Counted from the first letter of the whole stretch, positions 1 through 13,144 are shown. The stretch: DNA of 59,495 nucleotides, filler included, from Sphacelaria rigidula (GCA_964200075.2; 9 parts of 9 records of this genome joined end to end with filler, not necessarily neighbours in it); one strand, 5' to 3'. Translations and numbers: made by a program. The notes: generated from the letters alone by a model not told the origin.

Positions 1-61
1 GACTCGGAATTTCGAGCAACAAATGGCCCAAAATACCCCCCCCCCTATCGTAGGATGACTC
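1..61. mobile_element. Terminus of a GAG...CTC-type (Sola2-like) MITE truncated by the contig start
   Basis: Ends in CCCCTATCGTAGGATGACTC, matching the TIR family GAGnnATGCTACG(G/A)TAGGGG seen at 18262-18514, 27112-27383 and 49673-49919. Confidence 0.5.
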
Positions 62-81
62 CTGTGCACAACGCAGTAGAT

Positions 82-251
82 TCAAGAGCGAATATGTACC
101 CTATTAGTAGTGGTGACAGACCGACGGTATCGTTCGGTTTCTTCGTATGCAGAGGCCATTTTCTCCTTTCTTGAGTTGTCAAATACCAAGAGCTCATAGC
201 CGACGACGACAGCAAAACCCCAACACGTCTGAATCATGGCCACCATCACGT
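82..251 (-). CDS. Possible terminal exon encoding a hydrophobic segment and short tail (may belong to the EF-hand gene)
   Basis: Pyrimidine-rich tract + CAG acceptor at 252-254, open frame (VMVAMIQTCWGFAVVVGYELLVFDNSRKEK...) to a stop at 82; no recognisable domain. Confidence 0.3.
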
Positions 252-3200
252 CTGAGTGATGGGCCACAAAAAAAGCCGAAAAGTTAACAACAAATAACAA
301 TAGCAATAAGCGAAACAGAAGAACGAAACCGCAACAGGGACTCTTTCCCTTTTTCCTCCCCTCTACATGGGGGCGTGACTGCGAATGATCTCGCTACAGG
401 TAGACAGTACACATGTAAGTGTGTGCTCCCTCTCTCCCTTGCCTGACCGCCGCATCCCGAAGCATGCAACTTTGATGTACTTTCAAGGTGCAGGACCAAA
501 TACATCCTGAATGAAAAAAATAGCCATAGATAGCAGCGATTTCAAGACACAAATGACGAAACCCCCAGTTTGCAGCCGCACCCCGCAACAGATCTGGGGG
601 GCGTATACATAGTACAGATCGAACAGATCCGAGGAATCTACTCCTCTGCTCAGATCTCAAACTATCCTTCCAACGAGAACCCCACAACAACACGAATACG
701 CGATGGAAAAAAAATAAAATTAAACAGCACCTGCCCCCAAACACACCGAGACAAGTCATTTACGATAAAGATCCAAAAACAATCGAACCCGCTATAGCAT
801 GGATCAAATTGGTGTCGCACGGACCAAAAGTACAGCGATCACGTGAGAGAGACGGAAGGAGACAGACACTCTTTTTGACCAAAAGGAGCACTCCGGGGGC
901 ACATTTGTCTCTCCCTCCGTACAGGCGAGCGGGGTATCTACCTACCCACATCAAAATGAACCCCGTGCCATGACCTTCGTTTTTTCACGAGGGTATCACA
1001 ATACTGCTCGTCGGACCGACCCTCAGAGAGAAGATTCTCGGACCGTTCCACAAAGCGGTTTCTCAGACAGCCCCGCGAGACCGTCTCGTAATCACATCCT
1101 CAGACAAAGTTCCCCAGATCGTCTCACAGGTGCTTCTTAAGGCCGTTCTTCAAACATTTGGGATATTCCCTCAGATGGAGGAAGCTCCTCAAACCGTTCC
1201 CAAGGGCAGATCCACGGAACGGTTCCTCGGACCGCCTGTCAGACCCTTCCTCAGATATATCTTGTTCTTAGGTCATGAAATGCTCCCCCCGCCACAAACG
1301 CGGTAACTCTACCTATAAGTCTGATCCTCATGCGCCACTATCAAAATCCAGATTTTTGTTTGCCCGTTCAGTATCGTCCATGACCCGCCCGCATGTTATT
1401 CGCCATTTGGCCGAATCCCTGGAAGACAAAATGCCGAGCAAAACAAAACAAAAAATGCACGATGTATAGATGGCGGCACAGCAATTTCTGTATCGTGGAA
1501 AGCGGAACGCACGTATAGACGACAACGCTGTAGAAGTCAATGCTTCACCAGTACAAGACCGACCGCGGCCAGACGAGGCTCAATCTCTTCCTTCGGAAAA
1601 AAAGCTACTAGTGTGTGGCACAACAGTCTACTCAGCTCACGCCATACAATGAATAGTACAGTAGTCGACGCCCGTCATCCAGCAATCATTTTTTCCCCGT
1701 CCGTGTGCAACATTTTCATCTTCACCTACGATGTATTATCCCGAGCAGGCGCTGAGGGACTAATACAGCCATGGCCCATCATCTGGGAGATGACACGCAC
1801 GAGCTGCGGTTATGTTTCACGTTCTACAACCCAGGACGGTGGGTGTTCGGGCTATAACTTCTTACTCGACGGGGTGCCACGGGACATGTGATACGGCACA
1901 TCCCGTGGGTAGAAGGTAGACGGGTCTTACTAGATTGTTAATGCTATGACTGGGTTGTGAAGTAGAGTGACGAGCGGGGGACAAGGTGGGATCTCGCATT
2001 TTCTCAGTCAAGAAGAATGACTATCACCCGAACAGGGATGGACATGACGATGTTTCAAGACGGAAATTTTTGGGCTACTACAGCCACAACAACAACGAAG
2101 CATGCACTATAGTATACGGATACGGCAAAACATCCTCACCTGAGCGGAGGCAGAATTGTCATACATCCCACGAAGCATTTCGTTCTCGCGGACTTGTTCC
2201 GCCTGAAAATTGTCGTACACCACGATCGACGACAACAGCCCGGACGCGCCACGGAAACACACAGCGGGTATGACCACAGTTCCATTACTGCTTCAGGTAC
2301 TGGAATACTGTACTCCGTAGTGCTCTTCAGTCGGTCCCCAAGGTATTATGATAAATAATATTATTAGAATAATTAACTAAATTATGTATCATTATCGCAA
2401 CCACCACCATCATCATCGCACTTTTCATCCTTTCCATTCCTCGGGAGGATCCCGTAGTTTCAAGTTACCCAACCCGCCTCTCCCTCGGTACATGAACCGG
2501 CCAGGGAGGGGGACATTCGGTGATCGATGATTGGATCAGACGCACTTTGGCACCCAGTCCACTCCTGTCAGAATCTTATTTTGCTACTCGGATCCTCACG
2601 CTTCCGATAACAGAACCTGCGCTCCACCCCGAAAAATCTTATATATCAGGATTCAAAATCCATAACGTTCCACACTTCGGACAGCTGGTGAGCTAGCTTA
2701 TCTGTGGGCTGTAGTTCACCTGTAGTGGAACATGTACATGTGAACTACGCCCGACAACTCACCGAGGATAAGCATGCGCTGGTGAGCTACGGGTTGGTAG
2801 CTCACACGAGGCAAACATGCGTAACTCATACAGCTCTTATAGTTCACCCAGGGCGAAAAATGCGCCGACGAGGATCGGGTTGGTAACTCACTGAAGGCAA
2901 ATATTCGTTGCTCATGTAGCTCTCGTCGCTCAGTAAGGAGCTACGCTAAAAAAAGCCAGCTCGAGCCACAGATAGCTGAACTGCCCGACGCATGCAACCT
3001 TCCGTTCCAACTGGCTATTGCCGCACCACCGACACCCTGGTGTGCGCAGCAGTCGTATGTGCCCCCCCGGGAATAGCCGCCGGGCCCCGGTGGTGAAATC
3101 AAATTGATCCACACCCAGGATAATATATGGTCAACAGATGCGGTAGACTTATATTTCACCCAGTACATTTCCGTCTATTGCATCTGTTGACCTGTTCGGT

Positions 3201-3744
3201 CCAGGGTGTGCCATGGTCCAACTGACATGATTATGTCGGAAATAACGCGGATTCCATTCCAGCCAGATGCGTCTACTTTTCCTTTTTTTCCCTCCGAAGA
3301 ATTCGATTTCAGCTCTTCTAAGTAAGCGTGAAGACATACGTGAGGGCATACGTGAGTACCAAAAAAAGCTCATTTGACGAGAGTCGACGCGGTGCGGTGC
3401 GGGAGTGTTGATGGCCAGGATCCAGTCCGCGAGACCAAAATGCATGGCGTGAATGGTACCACCCCCTGGATGATGACAACTGATTATATTGTCGAAAACT
3501 ACAGTGTGTACGATATGGAGTTTGTTAGCAATAGATGCAAATAGTCGATACTGTGCGCGGTACGTTTTTTGACAATGTAATCAGCTGTCATTATCCAGCG
3601 TGTGCGATGTTTGCTCGGGGAGAGATGGGTCGACCTTTGATACAGCCCACGGACCCGTCTCGAGGAATGGCAAAAGCCATCAGCGAAAATTAACTCCGTC
3701 TTTTTTGGCACAGAATAACCGAGGCACGTACCCCGGATTACTCG

Positions 3745-4074
3745 ATACTATTATCCACTTTCATCTATTTCTTTGTTTGTCGCACTTTGAACCCCTTCCC
3801 TTCCTCCGGATGAGTCCGTGATCCCAAGGGATCACCCCATCTCTCCCCGGTACGGTACACGCCTTGAATTTCGGTCTCGCGGGTTGGGTCAGCACTCCCG
3901 CACCGCGTCAACTCACGTCACACAAACTCAGTCGAGTACTTTGTTTTACTCACGTTCTCACGCTTTCCACGGTGGAAATTAGACTTCACAAAGAAAAAAC
4001 CTAACGCGTCGGGAATCGAACCCTCGTTGTCTCCACCCTAATGGCGACAGACGGACCATTTCACCCTCGGGGCG
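3745..4074 (-). mobile_element. tRNA-derived SINE-like element in the first intron of the EF-hand gene
   Basis: Minus-strand head CGCCCCGAGGGTGAAATGG...GGGTTCGATTCCCGACGCG has A-box/B-box-like motifs without a proper cloverleaf; 3' boundary approximate. Confidence 0.5.
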
Positions 4075-4183
4075 CGGGATACTGTATGTAATAATACACA
4101 TACCCCGGTCGGTTACTGCGGGTCCCAAGGGATAAGAAGGTACCGCATGAAACGAGAAATCGCCTACGTTTTGCCTTCGTTAC

Positions 4184-4426
4184 CTGGCGGTGCGTGTCGA
4201 GATAGTGCTGCCATTCGTCGAATGTCACCACGCCGTCTCGATTCACGTCGAACTCTTCAAAACGCGGCACGTCCGATTGCGGAGTTTCGGGGTACATCCT
4301 CAAGTAACCCCGGATGTACTGGTTGAACTGTGCATCGCAGATGCGAAAAGAGACGAAACACAGACAGACAGACAAAAAGACGGACAGGCGGGCGGGGGTC
4401 CGGAAGAAAGACTTGAAGAAATACAT
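4184..4426 (-). CDS. First exon of a secreted or membrane EF-hand Ca2+-binding protein
   Basis: ATG, hydrophobic signal-peptide-like stretch (LSVFLSVCLCFVSFRICDA/Q), canonical EF loop DVNRDGVVTFDE, then CAG|GTAACG donor (81 codons, phase 0). Confidence 0.75.
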
Positions 4427-4455
4427 GGGGCAGTTCGGAGCAGGATGAACCTTGC

Positions 4456-4790
4456 AAGGTTGTGTTTTGCAGAGTACGATATTTCGATATCCGGGATACT
4501 AGCCCGGATTTTGCCCGTACCCTTCAGTTCTGTGAGTTCTATGAAGCCTCTCATACCGGTACCCGACAGTTCTGTAAGATTTATACGAAATATTTTACCC
4601 TCACTCGGGTACGGGTATTTCCCTAGTAGAAATACTCGGTTTCGGGTAAGGGTTCATTCATGTACAACCTTCTTCCACACCGTACTCAATACATTCTGTG
4701 AAACTATCAATACTTCTGTATCATACCGATACCCGACAGTTTTGTAAGATCTGTACGAAGTGGTTCACCCTCACCATTGTCTTCTCAGTA
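4456..4790. mobile_element. Non-autonomous DNA element with repeated GTTCTGT(A/G)AG / GGTACC motifs; related start at 52641
   Basis: Starts CAAGGTTGTGTT, as does 52641; internal short motif repeats in both orientations; boundaries approximate. Confidence 0.4.
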
Positions 4791-5659
4791 CCGTCAATCC
4801 TATTTCTTACATGAGATAGGGCACTTATTCCCTTCAAAAACCATACGCAAGATGATCAGTACGCTTCGGGCCGAACAATCTTGGTAGGAGGCAGCAAGCT
4901 CATCCTTCATGCGACTCGCCGAACACACGAGGGCGCTTCGCGCTTGGTGATTGATTGCGAGCCTGGTTCCGCGAAAAGCCGGCGTGCTCCGTCCCAGCTT
5001 TGTGGAGATACGAGGCCAATGGTCATATGACCATGGCATGCAAGATCATAAGATCATGAGTCAACCCCCCCTACCAAAAAGAAGTATTTTCCCTCGGAAA
5101 AACTGCTGTTAACGTCAAGTCATTACTATATAGAATGATAAAAATGAATACACAGCGACCAAATAACCTGGAATACACACCCTGGAGTACAACAGACGCC
5201 CAGCAATAGCAATAGAAAGCAAGTGAAGTGCGTGTCGTATCGAAGTCTAATCCTCTATTGCAACTATTACACCGTATGACACCCTGGACATTATATGGTC
5301 AACAAATGCAACGGATAAGACATGTACTGGATGAAGTATAGGCTTATTGCAACGATTCAAGGGTCGAACAAATCACTGATTCGTCTGGGAACCACTTGAT
5401 TTTAGTGTAATTGATTCAAATCGCACGAATCAATCCCTAGGCTTCGTTTTCAGCGTTGCAACCTAGGTACACGCAGCCCAGACACGTGAAATGGCGCAAA
5501 AGTTGCGTGGATACCCCTTCGACCAGCGGTCAAGTTTTTTCTCCCTTTTGGGCAATCACGCCGAAGAAATCGTGGATTTGCTGATTCGAAACCGTGGTGA
5601 TTCGTCCTAAATGTGGAAGGTCTCGAGGTTACCAACCGAGTCACCGAGGCGACCGGCTA

Positions 5660-6209
5660 CAGTAGTGGGCAGTCCAACCATTCATTTTGTGGCATTTTGT
5701 GATTTTTTCGTGATGGCGATTTTCTTGGGCTCTTTTCGCTCGCCGCCCCTCATCACATGGGGTATCGAAAGATATTTGTATCAGCTCCACCTTCCGAGAA
5801 GAAAAAATCATCTGTACTCAATATTGAGTGACTTACGGGCTGAACGATCATTTGGGGTCCTGCCACGTTTCAGTCCAGATTCTTACTCCTCTGTATTTTC
5901 GGTCGATCGAACCCGTCCCGATCATATTTGTCAAGAAATGTACAGTTTCATGTTTTTGAAATTCTGCCTACTCGGTGCACTAGGACCGAAAAATTGTGTT
6001 TCACGGTCAGTAACACCCTCCTGGTAAACGGGGTATTCACTCGTTTCGCCCGATAACACCAACTGACACTGATTGGGCACTGTATTTTGAGGTTGATCTA
6101 TTTTGCCGTACCCAAATCTACCGAAGCTAGCAATTTCGAGTTCTATCTAAGAGTAGTACGCAAGGAAAAGCCCAAAAACACCCATAAATACTCAGACCGC
6201 CCACTACTG
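5660..6209. mobile_element. Tc1/mariner-type MITE, copy 1
   Basis: TA|CAGTAGTGGGC...GCCCACTACTG|TA (TIR plus TA TSD); internal sequence homologous to 42497-43118. Confidence 0.8.
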
Positions 6210-6522
6210 TAGTAATTTGATTCCTTTATACTTCATGTTGGGTAGCTTGCCCGCGACCACGGAAGGCGTCCGCATCACAGACGCCCAGAAATGAGTTGCT
6301 GGTTCGCCCCGCTTGCTTGCCCGCTAGCTTCTGCTACTCTGGCACCAACGCCCCACTCTGCTCTCATGGATGCGCCCCAGTCAGACTGAGCGAGAGAGCT
6401 ATTAACCCTTTTGGAACCGTTGATGGAAAACTGAGTATTTACAACTGAGGTTTTTCCCACTATGAATGGTTGTTTCTCTACAGCTTTTGAGCAAACGATT
6501 CGCTCAAAGTGTGCTTTCCAGA

Positions 6523-6622
6523 NNNNNNNNNNNNNNNNNNNNNNNNNNNNNNNNNNNNNNNNNNNNTTAATTAATTAANNNNNNNNNNNNNNNNNNNNNN
6601 NNNNNNNNNNNNNNNNNNNNNN
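6523..6622. other. Artificial scaffold-joining spacer (N44 + TTAATTAATTAA + N44); identical spacers at 13145-13244, 19767-19866, 26389-26488, 33011-33110, 39633-39732, 46254-46353, 52875-52974
   Basis: Eight identical 100-nt spacers with a six-frame stop linker; intervening segments are exactly 6522 bp (x6) then 6521 bp (x3). Confidence 0.98.
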
Positions 6623-7077
6623 TCTGCCACGAGTGACACTCGTGCTTGTCCGACGTTTGGAATATTTCGGTGATTACCTCACTTCCACTTCGGCCATGTG
6701 CTGTGGATTAATTTGACGATCTCACCGCCTGGTGTGTATGGAAATGTAATACACTCTGGACAAGAGCTTTCTACAGTCAGTACTCGTATACAATTCTAAA
6801 AGCATGTACTGTGCACAATATGGAAGCTATTGCCTTCTGCGACGTGCACACTGCTCGTACAAAAGTGGAAACTGCGCGCAGTATGACTTCAAGACAGTGT
6901 AGAAATCTCCACGCGGTATGAATTGTTACAGCTGGCTTGCGCCCCATAGCGGCTGTGCTACCATACAGCTCCGCTCAAGATACAGGCAGGAATCACAGCG
7001 GGAGAGGCGACCTATTACTCTTGCGTGCGCCACCTTAGGGCGAATGCACACTTAGCTGCAACACCGATCGCTGTACA

Positions 7078-7250
7078 GCAATGACTCGAGTGCTCGCCCT
7101 ATTCATTTTTTGCACAACGAGCAATGACTCGAGTGCTCGCCCTATTCGTTTTTTGCTCTTCGAGCAATGACTCGAGTGCTCGCCCTATTAAATTTTCGGC
7201 CAACGAGCAGCCCGACGAGTGCGAGTGCCACGAGTGACACTCGAGCTCGT
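7078..7250. repeat. Tandem ~42-bp repeats GCAATGACTCGAGTGCTCGCCCTATT; same family inverted at 39918-40170
   Basis: Three near-identical units separated by short T/A-rich linkers; partial direct repeat of 7226-7285 at 6623-6690. Confidence 0.75.
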
Positions 7251-8702
7251 CCGACGTATGAAAATAATTTAACTCACTTTGACTTGCCCCTCTCTGTGGG
7301 AGGTGAGCCCAGAATGAGTCATGCCCGTAGAGAGCGAAGTAGTCCATCTGTCCAGGGCCTTTCTTAACCCTTAGACGATGAGCGTCGCCTCGGAACAGTT
7401 GTACAGGCGGACAGTCCCGGGACATCCGGGGGTTTCCAGTGCTCGAGGGGGAGTGGTTTTTGAGGAAAGGAGGGTGTCTGTACGCAGAGCACCGCAGAAG
7501 CCCACGGAGTCAACCATGCGTGTTTGGAGGTTTCCCGCGGAAAATTATGAGCCGTGCAGGAGGCTCGAGAGGCGCGGTATGACCATTCTGACCAATCACG
7601 GTCGTCAAAATTAGCACTTTTTTAACGGTTCCACAAGACTACTGTAAGACTACTTCGTCGTCAACCCCTCATCCTCGTCATGGGATTACATAAGCCAAAA
7701 ATCATGTGTTGCTGGATGTCTTCGTCTTCAGTGACGCCTGAGCTTCGTACTACCTACATATCTCATATGGTACATGGTACAACGTAATGGCGCAACACGC
7801 GAGCCCCCACCACGAGTATCCAGTGCGCATTGCGATTGACGCCCACGTCTACGGAGATGTGACCGCTATTGCGGACCAGCTATTGGAGGTTTGCGTACAG
7901 TTCGCACACCTTCCTCGAGAGTGCGCTCACGAGGCTACAGCGACGGTCGGGGCGAGGCGGCGCTACACAATGGGCCGACCCCGGGGCTGGACGTTAGTGT
8001 GAAGGATGATGCGCTCGTAGGGGCGGCCGCGGGTCATGTTGATCTGTGCTGGGAGACGTGGTGGCCAAACAGGGTTCGACGTCTGCGAAGAAATACCGCG
8101 ATCAGGTGAGGACAAGCCTCTGGTGTATCTGTGCTTAGTGAGGTCATGTGTGACCTGCTTATCGAGATGTCGTCGCCATCAAACCAATCACGCTTAGAGG
8201 TTAGACCCGTTTTGGCACATTGTACAGTAAGTAATGTGTAGCATTCTACAGTTGCGTGACGGCAGTCTTACTGGGAGGTACAGTACTTGCTTTGTACAAA
8301 AGGGCGCCATCGCGTCAAACCGACCGCGTGTACAGCAGGTGATACTCACGTCTGGATAAACTGAAGTATATAATAAGAAATATACACAGTGGGGAGTAGG
8401 GTTGGTTTTTTTCATACTATCTGTAAACAAACTGTACTGTCTGTACAGAGTAAATGTACCGTACTGTACAGGACAGAGGCCGCTACCGCTTGGTGCCTCC
8501 CAGATAGGGAGGTGAGCCATGCGGCCTATTTCAAAGGTACTCGCGATTGTGCGATGTGCGACGTCGACGACCTGCTGCTATTAAAAATTTGCACGCAACA
8601 CACTACACACACGCAGGGTGCCTATAGTCACGCTCTAGTTACGGGCAGCTATCGGTGCTCCAGTTTTAACGTATGTGATGAGACTCCAGACTGCACAGGT
8701 AC

Positions 8703-9110
8703 CCTAGGTTATTGGTAAATACCAGTACCCGGTACCGGTATTTGGGACATCTCACACCGGACCGATACGGGTCCAATCGTGTATTTACAAATGTCATGTC
8801 TACGACACCCACGATACCACGGTATTTCGAGGTTTCAACACCTTTCCTACCCCCCGAATCGGGTATTTTCGAAAGTCGTACCAACGATACCTACGATACC
8901 ACCGTATTTCTGAATTTCATCACCCACTGTACCCGCTCAATCGGGTATTTTCAGATGCCGTACCTACGATACCTATGATACTACGGTATTGCGATACTTC
9001 AACACCTACTGTACCCTCTAAATCGGATATTTTGAGAACTCATGCCTACGATACCCATGCAAACTACGGTATGGGATACCCCGAGAATATACACGGTGAA
9101 TACCGGACGC
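8703..9110. mobile_element. Non-autonomous DNA element with clustered CGATACC/GGTATT subterminal-type motifs
   Basis: Dense dispersed 6-7-mer motifs in both orientations; exact termini not resolved. Confidence 0.4.
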
Positions 9111-10492
9111 GATGCGATCCCCACAGTGCAGCAGTTGGTCCCAACTTACGCAAAGGCCAAAAGTTGTGAGAGCAGGTACGTCTTGTTTTCACGAGTAATA
9201 AACCCTGATTCCCCCTGATTTTTCTGTTTGATCAATTCGAATGAACTTGATACTATGTAGTCTGATCATCTGAGTAAATGGGTATGGATATTTTATCGTC
9301 GTTACGGCGCTGTACATTGTTTCATCATTCATGTCGAACATGAGCATTATACACGAAAATATTTCACGTGCGAACAAGCAGAAAGAAACGAGAAGAAGGA
9401 AAAGCAACAAAAAAACGTGAGGGGTCGCAAAAGACATACAAAATAGACAACAAGGTGTCAAAGTACCAAATGAATAGCGACGCATGCATATTATATATAT
9501 GAAATATCTGGGGCGCACGAGAGCGCAGCGATTATCGTAAGGAGGCGTACCCGCGATTTATGCTGGAATGAGTGTGCAAGTCCCTCCATGCCCGCTCCGG
9601 GGATGACTGGTCAGGCTAATGCCAATGCTAGGGGTACGACGCGCGGATGCGTCCCGCGTGGTGCGTCCTACGTTTCAAATACGGTAATACAGAGAAAGTG
9701 TGTGGTCACCGATGAGCATTGTTCAACCGATTATCACCGAACGGATCACGTGTCGATGAGGAATCCCTGTGGTTGCGGCCAAACAGCGCGTGGGGTTCGA
9801 CCCTCGTGTGATGGATCACCGTCAAGCGGTGATGATCAGCCGCAACGTCGGGCGCTAAATCTTGAGCGGGTGCACAGATATAGTCTGTCGTGAGCTGAAA
9901 CCGTAACTACACGATGTATTACATACTAAACCACACCCGGATCATACACCGTACACTCGCTGAAAAGTGGACGGAGGTCGCGATACTGTTGTTGTAGCGT
10001 GCATCGAACTGATGAAGCGAGCAGTTCAGCCGGCATCAAGCAGATTTAGTTGAACTGTACAGTATACAGGCTGGGCCGCCTAAGAAGCGGACTTTCCTTC
10101 AGCCGGTTCTAACTGATGGATCTATCGCGAGTTGTGCCTACTATGACACATCGTGGTAATCTGCAAATCAACGCGCGTCTTTCACTCGTAGCACTGCGAT
10201 CTGACAAGTTCCCATCAAACGAAATACCAAACTGCTGTCAGCTGCGAAGTGTAGAGAGTTGGGGGTGGCATGTGCGGCGGAATTAGGGGGGGGGGGAAAC
10301 GGCTGCAATCGCATTTACGGTTACAGTCAGTTGTGCCGCGGCCGCAAAGTGATGATGCTGCACTTGTTGTGGTTGTACAACAAGACATGTACTGTAGGAG
10401 CGCAGCGTCTGAGATGGCACGCAGACGAGACCTCCAGCGCGCAAAGGCGTCGCGCTTGTTGAAAACGTCAAAGTTCCGGCTGAGGTTGTTGT

Positions 10493-11289
10493 ACTCTAAA
10501 AGCAAGTGAACCGGTTCTCGGCAGAAAAACACGATTTCACTGCTGAATTTCAAGTCGTTTTCCATGAAATTTTGACACGGTATACATGAGGTATATGTGA
10601 ATCCCCTACCGTTTGCCCCCTCTTTTTTTTTTCCTCGTGTGTTACTGGTGATCTAAATTTCGGAACAGTTTTTTCTGGGGCAAAAGCGTCGACAACTCAT
10701 GAAAAAAAGAAGAAAAAATCCAGGGGGGACAATAGGAAGTTCGAAACATACCTCATGCACATCGTGTCGAAATTTCGTGAAAAAGTACGTAAAACTCAAG
10801 AGCATAACCGCGTTTCATTTTTTTATGGCTGGTTCATCTCCACACAGGGACCACCAGCCTTGGACACGAACACGCGATTTAACAGTTGAGTTTCGGGTCG
10901 TTTTCAGTAAATGTTTGACACGATGTACATGATTTATGTGCGAAGACGCCACATTTCCCCCTCTGCATTTTTATTTTTTTCCCCGTCAGTTATCGGCGAC
11001 CGAACATTTCAGAACAGTTGTTTTCGGAACAAAATCGTGGATAACTTAAAATATGTACATATATATATATATATGGGGGGAGAAGTGTAGTTTTGGCACA
11101 TACACCCTGTACATCTTGTTGAATTTTCATAGAAAACAACGTGAAACTCAGCTGTTAAATCGCGTGGTCACATCCCTGTCCGCGTCTTGGACGGCCCAGC
11201 CTGTATTGTTTTCGGAAAATTCCGGCGGAGATGAATCCTCATGAACACGGTGAGCTTTTACGTACGATTTTCAATATAAATTTAGAGTG
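10493..11289. mobile_element. Degenerate TIR element with internal direct and inverted duplications
   Basis: ACTCTAAA...TTTAGAGT ends; 10530-10700 resembles 10870-11050, and 11090-11165 resembles the reverse complement. Confidence 0.45.
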
Positions 11290-11357
11290 GGTGCAGCGTG
11301 CGCCGTCATCATGTTACTATATATCGTTCGCCGTTATCATCAGAAAGATGTATTGTG

Positions 11358-11580
11358 TGTGTTGTCGTCCCATCTATTCTGGACGCCAGTTTACACCGTT
11401 CGGTATATGTGGGCGCACCAGCCGGGGTCACACAGGAGGAAGGTCAACACAAGAGCTTTTTTCTTTTGTATTTGTTTTTACAGTAGTACCCCACCTTCCT
11501 TCTGCGGCGCTTGCCTTTATTTTTTATCACGAGAGGGATCCAGCAGTCCCTTTCCATCGTCGACCATTAAGTCGAATCTA
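11358..11580 (+). repeat. Dispersed SINE-like repeat; second copy inverted at ~44850-44965
   Basis: Shared CTGGACGCCAGT..GGTATATGTGG..CAGCCGGGGTCAC..GGAAGG; both translate to similar WTPVYT..YMW.HQPGS strings. Confidence 0.7.
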
Positions 11581-11639
11581 CATAAAACAGGTTTGCGTTT
11601 CGAAGTGTTTCAAATAAAAATTGAAGTTGTTGGTCGGGC

Positions 11640-12362
11640 GTGAAAGCGTAATAATAGGCAAGTCGAAGATGTATTGGGACAGAATCTGCTTAATTAAATT
11701 AGCGAGCGAAGCTCGTTTCTCAAGCCAAACCTCCCACACCCAGATTGGGGTAACCCAAAGTGGATTAAAAGAAGCGCGACTATGGCGGAGTGTTCAAACG
11801 CGGCACTGCCACAAAATTGAAGACCCCTCCACGATCAGACGGAGGTCTAAAACATGGAACATGTCCTGTTTCGCTACTGTACCGCAGCAAAAACACTCAA
11901 ACCCTCTCTCATGTGTCGGAGCCTCCATTGTCCGTTCTCTTGTGGTCTGTTCACGCATTGCGAAGACGGTTTGGATTGCATGGGCTGCAATATTGTCGTT
12001 GTGTTCGTCTCTGCAGAAAACAGTGTTAGTCGGCACATGGTCCTGGCTGCGCACTGTCTGTTGAAAGCTTCATGAGTGTGTCGACTGTTTCGTCCTCGGT
12101 AAGACGAACAACGCGCTGTCCGTTGCTGCGACACTCCTGCTGGTGCCGTGCGTTGGGCGCCTGTACTCTACCGTACTACTGTATTGTGTTGAGTGTACAA
12201 TACTGCATTATCTATGATACGGTGTTGGGCTGAAACGCGCCACGACTTAGACCGCACGAACACCTGGTTTTAGAGTACTCCCCTGGCGATTCCCGAGCGA
12301 AATGAAGCGATCTGATTGGTGAGTTACCGAGCGAATCTGTCCCGCTCCAAGTGCAGTCTGTC
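11640..12362. repeat. ~720-bp dispersed repeat, copy 1 (copy 2 at ~24475-25190), with broken Cys-rich reading frames
   Basis: Colinear high similarity between the two regions on different contigs (e.g. ORFs MSQQRTARCSS... and ...VFCRDEHN.NIAAHAIQTV in both). Confidence 0.85.
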
Positions 12363-13070
12363 TTAAAATACAGTGTATAAAACTACATGCTCTTCCAACG
12401 ACTAGGCGTTTTTTTCTCCCACCCGTACTCCTTCAATATAACATGTTTCCTTTACACTGGGTGATGTTGTATATCCACCACATGGCAAAAAAGCTCTGTT
12501 GTTTTATCGTACCCATAGAGTCGAACAGCATCTGGGACGGGTCTGTCTAGAGCAGATCCTGAAATACAAGGTAAACCGTAGTACAATGCTAGGGATCCGG
12601 TACGCGGAGTCGTTGCGCCTTACTGCCCATGTCCAAGCTGAAACGCTCGCTTCACCATTTCGATGCGCGCTGACGATACCAGTGAGTATCGACGGCGATG
12701 AAACGCGAGGACAAAAGGCGCTGACCATGAACATCTGTGAAACCTCTGAACCCGGAGGCAAACTCTATTAGTTATAGTACTTGAGACATGAACTTCTTCC
12801 TCGTGCCCCCAATTCACAACGTGTATCCGTTCATTACAAATGAGTAGAATAGAGCGGGGTCTGCAGGAGAGGACGGGCCCTGTGAGCAGTGGACACGCAT
12901 GGTCAAGGTTTGCACAAGACAACACCGAGTACAGTAAAAAATCCGGGCAGAACAAGTTTTGTGTTTCTCCTTGGTGGTGCAATATGTTGAGTGGAGCTTG
13001 AATCTTAGCGCATCAATTTTGTCTCCCGTCTGGTGATGACGTGTATCGACCGTGACGAACAGAGATGGCT

Positions 13071-13144
13071 TATTATTATTATTATTATCATTATTATTAT
13101 ATCCATCACATTAGCTCGATCTCTCGAACCCGTGGTCACAGAGT
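13071..13144 (-). mobile_element. 3' end of a retroposon with a (TAA)n tail
   Basis: Minus strand TGTGACCACGGG...GCTAATGTGATGGATA(TAA)n; same 3' motif at 44051-44092. Confidence 0.6.

Noticed and set aside
6567..6578. TTAATTAATTAA recurring every ~6.6 kb as a biological periodic motif
   Set aside because: Always centred in a 100-nt N spacer; it is a synthetic six-frame stop linker.
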